Below, one piece after another: positions 8,920 through 17,579 of a stretch of DNA of 19,843 bases. Each line of letters starts with the position of its first letter. Within the stretch, counting starts at the first letter, position 1. The notes beneath the pieces were generated by a model. That model searched no databases, was not told the DNA's origin, and worked only from the letters and a program-made list of their open reading frames with translations. The translations under genes were made by a program, and so were the position numbers. The stretch comes from a virus (taxonomy: Duplodnaviria; Heunggongvirae; Uroviricota; Caudoviricetes), in IMG/VR virus record IMGVR_UViG_2724679236_000005, positions 1 to 19,843 of that record. One strand, given 5' to 3'.

Positions 8920-9300
8920 TTAGTATTTTGAATACTCGCTGTTTTCGCTGGACGTATGAGGCTCTAAAAAAATATTCGTGAGCCCGACACCGTCTGGCTG
9001 AGACTCTTTAACCACGTAATCGGTCCAGCCAGACCAGGTAACAGAGCCGTCAGGTTCGATGCTGCGCTGCTTTGGAACCCGGACGACGTCACGCGCAACA
9101 ATGCCGGCGACGTCGTCTGAGAGCGCTGTCAGGCTCGTTACTGTACCGGTAATAAAACCAGCGTGAGGAACGTCAACGCGCGCGTAAGGCTCGTTGAAAA
9201 TAGCGATAATGGGGTCGGTTTTACCGCGTAATTTAACGGGCCGTCCCCACTCCAGAATCATCTCCTCATCGCCGGCCCGGAGGTCATCGTAGTAGCTCAT
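8920..9300 (-). CDS. Head-tail joining protein (lambda gpFII-like)
   Basis: 126 aa; moderate similarity to lambda FII in the central and C-terminal segments as recalled; follows the FI-like gene with an ATGA overlap. Confidence 0.6.
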   Translation of the reverse strand: MSYYDDLRAGDEEMILEWGRPVKLRGKTDPIIAIFNEPYARVDVPHAGFITGTVTSLTALSDDVAGIVARDVVRVPKQRSIEPDGSVTWSGWTDYVVKESQPDGVGLTNIFLEPHTSSENSEYSKY

Positions 9301-9710
9301 AGAGCGTAAACGTGATCAGCTGCGATGAGGTCTGCAACCTCTGGTGAATCAACAACAATTTCACGGCCAGCGGCAACAATCTCGCGAACGCGACGCCCGT
9401 TCACGTAGTGATATACATCCAGCGTGTTACGCAGCTTAACGCGGCGCGTAGCGGGAGACAGTTCTGGTTGTGACGTCGTGCTCGCGATTGACGGTTGTTC
9501 TGCGCTGTCATCATCAGTTTCATCTGATGCGTTCGCATTAATGTTGGCATCACTCGCGTCACCGGATTGCTCGTTCAAAATATCGAGCTCTGACTCAGCG
9601 CCAGCGACGATTGATTCCAGTTCAGCAATAGTCCCGCTGCGCGGTAATTCGCGACCGAGCTGAGCGCTCAGATCGTCAATGCGCGCCAGCAATTCTGTTT
9701 TTGTGCTCAT
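9297..9710 (-). CDS. DNA packaging protein (lambda gpFI-like)
   Basis: 137 aa; N-terminus MSTKTELLARIDDLSAQLGRELPRSGTIAELESIV resembles lambda FI MTKDELIARLRSLGEQLNRDVSLTGTKEELALRV; acidic Ser/Asp-rich linker; SD AAGGAAG upstream. Confidence 0.7.
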   Translation of the reverse strand: MSTKTELLARIDDLSAQLGRELPRSGTIAELESIVAGAESELDILNEQSGDASDANINANASDETDDDSAEQPSIASTTSQPELSPATRRVKLRNTLDVYHYVNGRRVREIVAAGREIVVDSPEVADLIAADHVYAL

Positions 9711-9721
9711 GTTGCTTCCTT

Positions 9722-9746
9722 AACAAAAAAGAGCCTTTCGGCTCTT
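9722..9746 (-). terminator. Intrinsic terminator-like hairpin just after the major capsid gene
   Basis: Minus-strand RNA UAAGAGCC-GAAA-GGCUCUU followed by UUUUUUG: 7-bp stem, GNRA loop, U-tract; the stem includes the capsid stop codon. Confidence 0.6.
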
Positions 9747-10779
9747 ACGCGATTTTTACGACAACGAACGCGTCGGCATCCGTGAGGACCATTGCTGGCG
9801 CGGATTGCGTCATTGTTTGCGTCACTGCCGGATCGCCAGTAGTGGTCCAGACTTTTGGATAGCGCGTCGCTTCGCTGATACCCTCTTTCAGCGCGTCCTC
9901 GTCCTGGATCGCGCCGTAGGTGCGGAGTCCGCGATTTTTTGTGTTGCCCAGGATCATCGTGTTATCCGGCATATAACGCGTTTCAGTGCCTGTTACCGGG
10001 TCGATGTACTGCCCCTTATAGACGAACAGCGCCGTGTCGCCGTAATACCCTTTAAAGCTCACAACGTCGCCCAGGTTTTTCAGCGCGACTTCGAGCTGGC
10101 TGTTTGAGCCGCGGCGCGTATCCAGTGCCGTCCAGAATTTTTTAAAGCGTTTAAGCTGCTTCCAGGCTTTACCGTCCATGATGATCACGTTAACAGCACC
10201 GGAGGCGAGGTCTGCATAGGATTCGATATCGTCGCTCGGGTCATACGTTTCCGCGTCCTGCGTAGACCAGGCTGTCGAACCAGACTGAGTGACGTTATTC
10301 GTCGCGCTGCGGCTCATGTCGATCTCATAGGTCTCGATATTGCTGCCGGAAACTGTGTATTTACCGTACAGAACCGCCTGCACAGCCTGAAATTCTTCGA
10401 GCTGACTGATACTGAGCTCCTCATCAAGCAGGTTCTGCATGATGATTTTTGCACGACGTTCGACCGGTGTTTCCGGCTGGCCAATCTGCTCTCCGGCGGC
10501 GCGCTTGATGCTCATATTCGGATTGATCGTGTGTTTGGGTTTCGTGTAACCCGGCTTAAAATGGTTAGTTGAATAGCCGCGGGTGCGATCTACTTTGCCG
10601 GTGATCATCGGCGCGCAATACACCGCCATATTGACCTTACCCGGGATTTTATCCAGAAAAACCTCTTCGCTCGTAAACGTGTAGGTCTCACGGAAAAACA
10701 GTCTTAAAAACAACGGATTGAACTTAAATACCTGCTGTGTCGCGGTAATCAATTCTGACGTAGTAAACGAATCGCTCAT
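9745..10779 (-). CDS. Major capsid protein (lambda gpE-like)
   Basis: 344 aa; extensive similarity to lambda E as recalled (FKFNPLFLRLFFRETYTFT, PGYTKPKHTINP, RRAKIIMQNLLDEEL, TRYPKVWTTTGDPA). Confidence 0.95.
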   Translation of the reverse strand: MSDSFTTSELITATQQVFKFNPLFLRLFFRETYTFTSEEVFLDKIPGKVNMAVYCAPMITGKVDRTRGYSTNHFKPGYTKPKHTINPNMSIKRAAGEQIGQPETPVERRAKIIMQNLLDEELSISQLEEFQAVQAVLYGKYTVSGSNIETYEIDMSRSATNNVTQSGSTAWSTQDAETYDPSDDIESYADLASGAVNVIIMDGKAWKQLKRFKKFWTALDTRRGSNSQLEVALKNLGDVVSFKGYYGDTALFVYKGQYIDPVTGTETRYMPDNTMILGNTKNRGLRTYGAIQDEDALKEGISEATRYPKVWTTTGDPAVTQTMTQSAPAMVLTDADAFVVVKIA

Positions 10780-10795
10780 TTAGATATCCTGTATA

Positions 10796-10818
10796 AAAAA
10801 AACCGCCCGGAGGCGGCT
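10796..10818 (-). terminator. Hairpin plus U-tract between the decoration and capsid genes (putative attenuator)
   Basis: Minus-strand RNA CCGCC-UCCG-GGCGG followed by a run of 8-9 U, 20 nt upstream of the capsid start. Confidence 0.5.
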
Positions 10819-10837
10819 TGTTTTGAGTTTTTTGCTA

Positions 10838-11167
10838 TCAGCCGACGCTGACAGGCGTACCAGCAAACGCTGATTTGCGTTTAGCTACGTCGGTAACCGT
10901 ACCCCAGTTAATCGCCGTGTAACGGAACGAGCCTGATTTATAGTACGAGCAGTCTGCAGAACTGGAGCCAGTATTAACTGCGGTGGCAGTGAGGCCAATA
11001 GCTTTACCGACTGAGCCGTCCCAAACCTTAAACGTCCCGACAGTAGCGTCGAGCATAATCGGTGTCAGCCGGGGTACGTTGATCCCGCCCTGAAAATGAC
11101 CGACGGTCGTAACAACAAGATCGGGTCCCAGAATAAAATCATCCGGGCTATACGTTTCTGTGGTCAT
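10838..11167 (-). CDS. Head decoration protein (lambda gpD-like)
   Basis: 109 aa; LTPIMLDAT...FKVWDG...YYKSGSFRY...KRKSAFAGTPVSV mirrors lambda D motifs as recalled. Confidence 0.9.
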   Translation of the reverse strand: MTTETYSPDDFILGPDLVVTTVGHFQGGINVPRLTPIMLDATVGTFKVWDGSVGKAIGLTATAVNTGSSSADCSYYKSGSFRYTAINWGTVTDVAKRKSAFAGTPVSVG

Positions 11168-11574
11168 TATTCATCCCCTAAAATTGAACGCCCTGCAGCA
11201 ACCAGCATCGAGACGTTTGCGGCTGTTCCTGTTGCCGTGGTGCTGCCGGCATCCTGAATAGTTTCCGGTGATTCAGTGCTCATGAGTGTATCGAGCGCCG
11301 TTTCTGTCCGCGCCTGCGCTGTTTGCGGTGCTGCCGCGAGGACCACCTGCGCCTGCTCGAGCGTCATCCCGGGGACGCCAGCGAGCGCTTTTGCCTGCGC
11401 CTCGCGCCCAACAGCTTCGGGACAGTTGATGATGGCCATCACGCGTGCCAGTTCGCTCGATGCGGCGTCCGCGCGAATCTGCTCCGCTTTGGACTCAACC
11501 GGCGCGGCCGTAGTCGTAGCCGCGGTTTGTTCTGTGGTCGTGGTCTCCGCCGTGGTTTCTGTTGTACCTGGCAT
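11167..11574 (-). CDS. Putative nested in-frame scaffolding protein (lambda Nu3-like internal start within gpC)
   Basis: In-frame ATG at 11574-11572 (MPGTTETTAETTTT...) preceded by GGAG 7 nt upstream, at the position where lambda Nu3 starts inside C; sits at a Thr-rich linker. Confidence 0.45.
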   Translation of the reverse strand: MPGTTETTAETTTTEQTAATTTAAPVESKAEQIRADAASSELARVMAIINCPEAVGREAQAKALAGVPGMTLEQAQVVLAAAPQTAQARTETALDTLMSTESPETIQDAGSTTATGTAANVSMLVAAGRSILGDE

Positions 11575-12477
11575 AAATCGCTCCATTTTTGGTTTCAGTG
11601 CGTCGGCCATCACTGCGATAGCGTCCGCGTAATTAACGAGTTGATCAGCGAGACCAGATTTAATCGCGTCCGCGCCGATAAATACTGCGGCCTCTGTGGC
11701 CAGCACCCTGGATTTTTTCAGCCCGGTATAATCCGAGACTTTTTGCGCGAACTGCTCGCGTGTGCTGTTAATACTCAGCTGGAATTCGTCGCGAACGTCG
11801 TCGGGCAGCTGGGAATACGGGTTCCCGTCGACTTTGTGCGCGCCGGCGTAAATCAGCGTCACGTCAACGCCGGCAATCTCCAGCGCCTTTTCGACGCAGC
11901 GGTGAGCCATCAGGACACCGATTGAACCAACCGTGCCGGTCTGCGTTATCAGCCGGCGCGAACACGCTGACGCCAGCAAATAGGCGGCGCTGCAGGCCGT
12001 ATCGCTGGCCAGCGCCCACACCGGTTTTTGCTCTCGCGCCCGGGCGATTAAATCAGCGGTATCAAACGCGCCGGCGACCTCACCACCTGGGGAGTCAATA
12101 TCCAGCAAAATCCCCTTAACATCGGGATCAGAAATCGCCTGCTGCAGGCGTTTTACGATTCCGTCGTAACCGCTCATACCGCTAACCGGATTGATATAAC
12201 CCAATTTATGAACCAGTGTCCCGGTAACCGGCAGAACAGCTATACCACGCTCCACGCGGTACGATTTCTGACGTGTTCGCTCGCTGCTGTCCCACCCCAT
12301 CGCGAGGGCGTTCATTTCGTCGCTGTTCATTACCTCTCCAGACGCTGTATCAATCAGTCGCCCGGTACCGAACCGGTCGCTCAGCGCAGAAAAAAATACC
12401 CGCGCGTAGGCGGGCTCCAGCAAAAGCGGTTGATTGAACGCCCTGGCGGCGAGGTGCGGAAAATTGTTCCACGGCAT
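11167..12477 (-). CDS. Head maturation protease / scaffold fusion (lambda gpC-like, S49-type)
   Basis: 436 aa; aligns along its length with lambda C as recalled (NQPLLLEPAYARVFF, GIAVLPVTGTLV, KPVWALASD, GSIGVLMAH, YAGAHKVDGNPYSQLPDDVR, AIINCPEAVGREAQAKALAGVPGMT). Confidence 0.9.
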   Translation of the reverse strand: MPWNNFPHLAARAFNQPLLLEPAYARVFFSALSDRFGTGRLIDTASGEVMNSDEMNALAMGWDSSERTRQKSYRVERGIAVLPVTGTLVHKLGYINPVSGMSGYDGIVKRLQQAISDPDVKGILLDIDSPGGEVAGAFDTADLIARAREQKPVWALASDTACSAAYLLASACSRRLITQTGTVGSIGVLMAHRCVEKALEIAGVDVTLIYAGAHKVDGNPYSQLPDDVRDEFQLSINSTREQFAQKVSDYTGLKKSRVLATEAAVFIGADAIKSGLADQLVNYADAIAVMADALKPKMERFMPGTTETTAETTTTEQTAATTTAAPVESKAEQIRADAASSELARVMAIINCPEAVGREAQAKALAGVPGMTLEQAQVVLAAAPQTAQARTETALDTLMSTESPETIQDAGSTTATGTAANVSMLVAAGRSILGDE

Positions 12478-14051
12478 CAGTTACCTCCCCAGCCGTTATC
12501 GTTGGTATTTGAGGGGTGAGATACAGACCATGACGGTTCGCTCAGCCCCATTTCACGCCGGCGCTGAATTTCGTATTCCTGTTGCTCCATAACCTCCTCG
12601 TAATCCTGTCCCTGCAGCGCCAGTTCGTTCTGATACGTGCTGAGGCCAGTTGTGATACGCATTGCACTCTCCTGAACCTCTTTCAGTCCGTCGATGGCCA
12701 TGCGACCTGCACCGATCCAGAGCGCGTTCGTCCAGGAGTTCCGCGCTTCATAAAATGACCGGACAGCTGAGCGAGGCAGAGTGATAATCCCGCGCGCCAG
12801 CGCCTCCTCAAACCAGCAGCAGAACATCAGCGACGCCTGCCGCGCGGCGATAAAACGTCTGCGCCCCATAAAAAACCGCCAGCTCACGTTCGCGCTGGCC
12901 CGGGCGCTGGAGTAACTGACCTGGCTGTAGTCCCGGCTCAGTTCCTCGTATGACGCGCCGACGCCGGCGGCAACGTAACGCAGGAGTGATTTTTCCAGCG
13001 AACTGAAACCAGCGTCAGCGTTCTGAGCGGTCTGTAAACTGAGTTTGTCGCCGGGGTGCAGGTGAGGGACTTTCACGCCGCCTAATTTAATGTTTGCGCC
13101 GTTGTAGTACGTCACGTAACTCTGAATAAACGAATTCAGTGGGTTCGAGTCGATATCAGTACCCGCGCCGGCGATATATTCAAACGCCTGCTGACTGTCG
13201 AGCTCTGATTCGATTGTCGCGGCGTACATGGCCTTAACAATCGCGCTCTGCAGCTGTGTTTGCTGCAGTGTGTCGAGCATTTTCAGGCGCTCCATGACGC
13301 TGTAAAAAATATTGTCCCCGCGGGTCTGTCCGTCCTCGAGCGGCTCGAATATGTGGATGAATGCGTGTCTGCCGCTGCTGAGCTGTGCTGGGATACGCCG
13401 GCATTTACCGACTCCGCCGAGAGGGTAAGTATCCTCGGCTATCCAGTACCCGACCGCGGCCCCGTTTTTATCGATATCAACACCGGCGCGGCGAAATTGA
13501 GTGTCAGCTGCGTAACCCGGATTTCGAATCCGTTTCGGTGAGACCATTTTGAATCGCGTCCGAAAAACGCTGCCGGCACTACTCTCCCAGACTGGTTGTA
13601 CGCAGGTTTCACCGTTGAAAGCGTGAGTAGCCACGCCCTCGCGGATCATCATTGTGAACGTCCGTTTCCGCTCGATATCAATCGTGCAGTGAGGGTCCTC
13701 GGCGTATTCAGTCCACGCTACCTCGACGTCACGCGCCAGCGCCCTGGCGTCCTCGCGAGATATGCCGAGGTAACGCCAGTTAGGGCGATAACTCAACTTA
13801 AACAGATTGCCGACGATATGATCCTGGTGCAGTTGCACGGCGTTCGACGCGACGCCGTTATTGCGAACGAGATCGTCTGCTCGCGCGTTACCGCGATAAA
13901 AATTCGGCAACAGTGCTGCGTCGGCGCTCTGCTGTGGTGCGTTCCAGTCAATCAGCTGGCCACCGAAACCGGGACCGCCGCCGTTATACCCCGCGTAACG
14001 GCGTAGTGGCGTTTTACCGTCAGGCCCGAGCAGCTGCTGCGGAGCAGTCAT
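12477..14051 (-). CDS. Portal protein (lambda gpB-like)
   Basis: 524 aa; N-terminus LLGPDGKTPLRRYAGYNGGGPGFGGQL...AALLPNFYRGNARADDLVRNNG...QLHQDHIVG is near-colinear with lambda B as recalled. Confidence 0.95.
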   Translation of the reverse strand: MTAPQQLLGPDGKTPLRRYAGYNGGGPGFGGQLIDWNAPQQSADAALLPNFYRGNARADDLVRNNGVASNAVQLHQDHIVGNLFKLSYRPNWRYLGISREDARALARDVEVAWTEYAEDPHCTIDIERKRTFTMMIREGVATHAFNGETCVQPVWESSAGSVFRTRFKMVSPKRIRNPGYAADTQFRRAGVDIDKNGAAVGYWIAEDTYPLGGVGKCRRIPAQLSSGRHAFIHIFEPLEDGQTRGDNIFYSVMERLKMLDTLQQTQLQSAIVKAMYAATIESELDSQQAFEYIAGAGTDIDSNPLNSFIQSYVTYYNGANIKLGGVKVPHLHPGDKLSLQTAQNADAGFSSLEKSLLRYVAAGVGASYEELSRDYSQVSYSSARASANVSWRFFMGRRRFIAARQASLMFCCWFEEALARGIITLPRSAVRSFYEARNSWTNALWIGAGRMAIDGLKEVQESAMRITTGLSTYQNELALQGQDYEEVMEQQEYEIQRRREMGLSEPSWSVSHPSNTNDNGWGGN

Positions 14052-14281
14052 AATCGAACTCCCACGGGCCGACGGCGTCCCGTACTCAGACCGAGCTGTG
14101 ATTTCAGCTCGATAATGTACGTTCGGAGCTGCTCAATACTCGCCTGCGAGTATTGATAGCTCCGGTTATTTCCTGCTGAATCGCCGTGAGACAGCGACAC
14201 GGTCGATTTACCCGTTAATAATTTGTGCAGAGCGATTTCCGCTTCCAGCAGTCGTTCTGTTAAAACCTCGCGCGACGTCAT
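14048..14281 (-). CDS. Head-tail joining / head completion protein (lambda gpW-like)
   Basis: 77 aa; EAEIALHKLLTGK...LRTYIIELKSQLG...RRRPVG matches lambda W motifs (AAARAALHDLMTGK...KYIAELEVQTG...RRRGPAG) as recalled. Confidence 0.85.
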   Translation of the reverse strand: MTSREVLTERLLEAEIALHKLLTGKSTVSLSHGDSAGNNRSYQYSQASIEQLRTYIIELKSQLGLSTGRRRPVGVRL

Positions 14282-16242
14282 TAGCTCCCTCCGAGCATTC
14301 TGGCCATCTCCTCGAGAGACAGTTTGTTTTGTGATTTTTTCCGTTGCTCAGCGAGCGTCTCGAGATTGAGCTGAAAACGAATTTTACTGATACGCAGCGC
14401 CGCCAGTCCGTACACCCAGCAGTCGAGCGCTTCATTTCGCCGGCCCTGATTGTCCCAGCGATAAACGACGCGACCGTTAATGAGTTTTGGGATCAGAACT
14501 TCGGAGACGAGCTGTTTTGCCTCTGTCGTGCCGAATATTTCATCGTCATTGGGAAAATGAATTGCGCCCGGTGTCGCCGATTTAGGGTCGGGTTCCAGCG
14601 GCAGACGCATCGCGAGCAAATCTTTTGCCGTATCAGTACCGATTAACGATAAATAAACTTTATTCGCGTTACGGGTACGCGGCATATTTACGACCGGCTG
14701 GCCGTATGAGCTCGCGCCTTTGATCGGAATGACCCACAGCGGACCGAGTTTGAGCGAGCGGTTATAAACGACCTGCGCGTCTATACCACCGGTATCCCAC
14801 GCCCAACGACTGACGCCGATTGTGGTCCCGTCGCTGCGCTGGTATTGTTTACGAATCACTCCGTCGACGCGCTGCAGCGTGTCCTCCTCGTCGTAGCGAC
14901 CGAGGACGATTGTTTTATCAATCAGCCAACACTCCTCCTCAGATCCCCAGCCCCACACGTAACACTCGTAGCGCCCGGACGTCTGAGAGTCGATGCCGCC
15001 GGTTATATAAACAACACCGTCAGGAACCTGGCTGGCGTATTTTTCCCGGCGATTAACGAGAATATCGTGCTCCAGCTGCTCGCTGGCCACGTCGCTCCAG
15101 AGCTCGCCGAGCGTCGTGTTATGAAACGTTTTTTCTTTGAGTGGGTCGCCTTTCGCTTTCAGCCACTCGCTGACAATCTCGCCCCAGCCGTCGAGATTCA
15201 GTGAATACAGGGCGTTTATCACGATCGCCGCGTGTTTCGGCGCGCGAACGACACCACCGTCGTGATCAAAAAAATGAATACCGTCCCGCGTCCAGGTGCA
15301 GTCCTCTGCTATCCAGCGCCCCGCGAGCTCCATTTTTTCGAGATCGCGATAGTAAAAATGCTCCGGGCAGTGGCAGCACTGGTAATACGCGGACGACGAT
15401 CTCGCCTCATTTGTCTGCAGGCTGTTATCCCATTTGAGGCCATATTCGATGCCGTCGAAACCAAATACCAGGACCTGCTCCTCGCCACAATGCGGACACT
15501 TCAGGTAAAAACGAAACGTCAGATCGGCAGCGTCTTCGAGCATTTCTATATGGCTTTTACCGGTGACTGTCGGTGTCGAACCGAAAATTGCCTTCGGGTA
15601 CGCTGCCCCTTTAATTCGAACGAGCGCAAGCTCGATTGGCGAGCCCTCGCCTTTGCCTTTTTTGGCAACTTCCAGCGGCCAGCCGTCGACCTCGTCACCC
15701 TCGACAACCTGTTTCGTTAGTCGCCGGAAATTTCCTGGCGTACTCGCGCCGCGAAAATCAATAATCGCGCCGTTCATTTCTTTACGCTGGAGATTGTTAC
15801 GCTCGTTGCTTTTATCCCAGTCGGGGAAAATTTTCTGAATCACCGGCATTTCGGCGATAGCGGGGTCAACCTCGTCGGCGACAAATCCATCCGATTCGTC
15901 ATCGATAGGCTGATAGACCACGGCACTACGTTTTTTGTGCTCAGCGAAATAGAGCAGCGCCGCGACGAGTATTTTTGTATAACCGAGACGAGCTGATTTG
16001 CGAACAGACACTATTTTTATCGCGTCGTTTGTCATCATATTCAACATCACAATCTGGACCGGCTGAGTCGTCCAGTGACCCGCAATATGGCTGGAGCCTT
16101 CGGGGAGGTAAAAATATTTATCAGCCCACTCAACCCCCGTCATCGGTATCGTCACGCGCAAGGGATTCAACCCTGTCGAGATCGCGTTCGATATCGCTGA
16201 CATCGTAATCGCTGAAGTCGACTCGTATGTCTGCCAGTTCAT
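14281..16242 (-). CDS. Terminase large subunit (lambda gpA-like)
   Basis: 653 aa; VEWADKYFYLPEG, VRKSARLGYTK, EGSPIEL, GSTPTVTGKS, CPHCGEEQ are all colinear with lambda A motifs as recalled. Start uncertain: track start 16242 overlaps terS by 113 nt; in-frame Met codons also at 16203 and 16143. Confidence 0.95.
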   Translation of the reverse strand: MNWQTYESTSAITMSAISNAISTGLNPLRVTIPMTGVEWADKYFYLPEGSSHIAGHWTTQPVQIVMLNMMTNDAIKIVSVRKSARLGYTKILVAALLYFAEHKKRSAVVYQPIDDESDGFVADEVDPAIAEMPVIQKIFPDWDKSNERNNLQRKEMNGAIIDFRGASTPGNFRRLTKQVVEGDEVDGWPLEVAKKGKGEGSPIELALVRIKGAAYPKAIFGSTPTVTGKSHIEMLEDAADLTFRFYLKCPHCGEEQVLVFGFDGIEYGLKWDNSLQTNEARSSSAYYQCCHCPEHFYYRDLEKMELAGRWIAEDCTWTRDGIHFFDHDGGVVRAPKHAAIVINALYSLNLDGWGEIVSEWLKAKGDPLKEKTFHNTTLGELWSDVASEQLEHDILVNRREKYASQVPDGVVYITGGIDSQTSGRYECYVWGWGSEEECWLIDKTIVLGRYDEEDTLQRVDGVIRKQYQRSDGTTIGVSRWAWDTGGIDAQVVYNRSLKLGPLWVIPIKGASSYGQPVVNMPRTRNANKVYLSLIGTDTAKDLLAMRLPLEPDPKSATPGAIHFPNDDEIFGTTEAKQLVSEVLIPKLINGRVVYRWDNQGRRNEALDCWVYGLAALRISKIRFQLNLETLAEQRKKSQNKLSLEEMARMLGGS

Positions 16243-16696
16243 TCAGGGCTATCGCCAGCTCCTCTCGTAATACACTGCTCGCCTCCTGCGGCATTTCAGG
16301 CCACACCTTTTTCAATCGTGGTGGCCATGACTCGACGCGGGTACGTAATTCAACGGCGACGCGAGATACAGCGACGCTAATTAATTCAATTGGCGCGTAA
16401 CGTTTAGCGAGAATGCGGCGTTTTACTCGTGCCATCAGGATTCGCTCCTGTCGTTCCTCATTTTTCAGCCACTGCTCGCGATTTTTTTCGGGAGAATTGT
16501 CCCCCACTTCCGGTTCGTCTGTACCAATTGTGTCGCGTCTATTGCTCCGGAGATAACGAATATAAAAATGGCGCCATGCGTCAAGTTCCCAATCGCCACG
16601 TCCTTGGGGGACTGGAGCTCCCGGAAGTTTTGCGAGATCGCGCAGACGACGATCAGATAGCAGTAAATGTGCTGCGACCTCAGCCTGACTTGCCAT
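16130..16696 (-). CDS. Terminase small subunit (lambda Nu1-like, N-terminal HTH)
   Basis: 188 aa directly upstream of and overlapping terL; N-terminal LSDRRLRDLAKLPGAPVPQGRGDWELDAWRHFY resembles the Nu1 DNA-binding region; SD GAGGA 7 nt upstream of ATG 16696; cos-like sequence immediately upstream. Confidence 0.7.
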   Translation of the reverse strand: MASQAEVAAHLLLSDRRLRDLAKLPGAPVPQGRGDWELDAWRHFYIRYLRSNRRDTIGTDEPEVGDNSPEKNREQWLKNEERQERILMARVKRRILAKRYAPIELISVAVSRVAVELRTRVESWPPRLKKVWPEMPQEASSVLREELAIALNELADIRVDFSDYDVSDIERDLDRVESLARDDTDDGG

Positions 16697-16699
16697 TAA

Positions 16700-16810
16700 A
16701 AATCCTCACCGGAACCGGAAATACCCAAAATGAAAAAATACTAAAAATGAGTGAGTTTTTGCGCGTCTACCGACCCTCGGTGTTTTGGATTTCGGAAAGG
16801 ACCCGCGACC
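16700..16810 (-). other. Putative cohesive-end site (cosQ-like, cosN-like dyad, cosB-like region) upstream of terS
   Basis: Minus strand carries CGGGTCCTTTCCG (16805-16793), identical to the 13-mer in the lambda right-end cosQ region as recalled, then ~18 nt later the dyad ACCGAGGGTCGGT (plus 16769-16781), then an AT-rich stretch ending TATTTCCGGTTCCGG next to the terS start. Confidence 0.5.
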
Positions 16811-17050
16811 AGAGAGGCTATCTCCCTTTCAGGACAGGAATCGGGGGCTCGCATCAGGTTCATCAAACTCAACTGTAGCCTCGCGACGTACTTGTTTGCA
16901 TACCTCAGCTTTGTGTATCTGATTATCAGCGTAAGCTTTCACTTTGGCAGCGAGCCATCCTTTTGCGCTGTATCGATAGATTACCGAACAAGTTTTCGAT
17001 ATATGTATATATCTTGAACTTATTGATATCCTTACAGAAAAACAACAGCC

Positions 17051-17311
17051 ATGAGCACACAAAAAATGAACAGAGAAAAAATTGAAGCCTTAATGAGCGT
17101 AATATTAAAAGAAGCTGACCCAAAAAAGTTTCCTGAGAAGTTATCAGAGGACGCCGTCGTATCTTTTTATCGTGCGAACTCCTCTTATCTACATTGTCCA
17201 ACTTTAAGAGAATGGTTAAGCGGCGAAGCAGAGCCTTCAGATGAGATACTTGAGGAGATTATGGTTCAGAACAACTGGCGCGCAACTAAATGGTCAAATC
17301 GGTTACCTTAA
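17051..17311 (+). CDS. Hypothetical small acidic protein (accessory/moron gene)
   Basis: 86-aa ORF opposite in orientation to the flanking late genes, downstream of an AT-rich region (16880-17050); weak SD; no family recognised. Confidence 0.45.
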   Translation: MSTQKMNREKIEALMSVILKEADPKKFPEKLSEDAVVSFYRANSSYLHCPTLREWLSGEAEPSDEILEEIMVQNNWRATKWSNRLP

Positions 17312-17579
17312 CCTGTTGAATGTGTGCCGCCTTGAAACAAAAAGGCGACCTCTCATTTAAGTAAAACGTCTCTTACATCAGGTACCAGCTCTTTGGCACA
17401 TTGCGCAGTTGTTTTTTATACGTCGGCGAGCTGTTGCGAAGCTCAGTCCCTGCGCGTCACACCATTCTTTCGGTGATACACATGATTTGACGTACTCGGA
17501 CAGGAATCGCTTCTGAAGCTCAAGCCCAGTCCCGGTTTGCTCATGTAATTAAATCCTACTGTATTCTCATGGTGCCCAG

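Noticed and set aside
11323-11925. 200-aa plus-strand ORF (and 11276..11632, 11922..12119, 12208..12519)
   Set aside because: Antisense to, and fully inside, the strongly supported gpC-like gene; Arg/Cys/Gly-rich composition typical of spurious frames in GC-rich coding sequence.
14344-15838. Several plus-strand ORFs inside the terminase large subunit gene
   Set aside because: Antisense to a gene with near-colinear lambda gpA similarity; no RBS.
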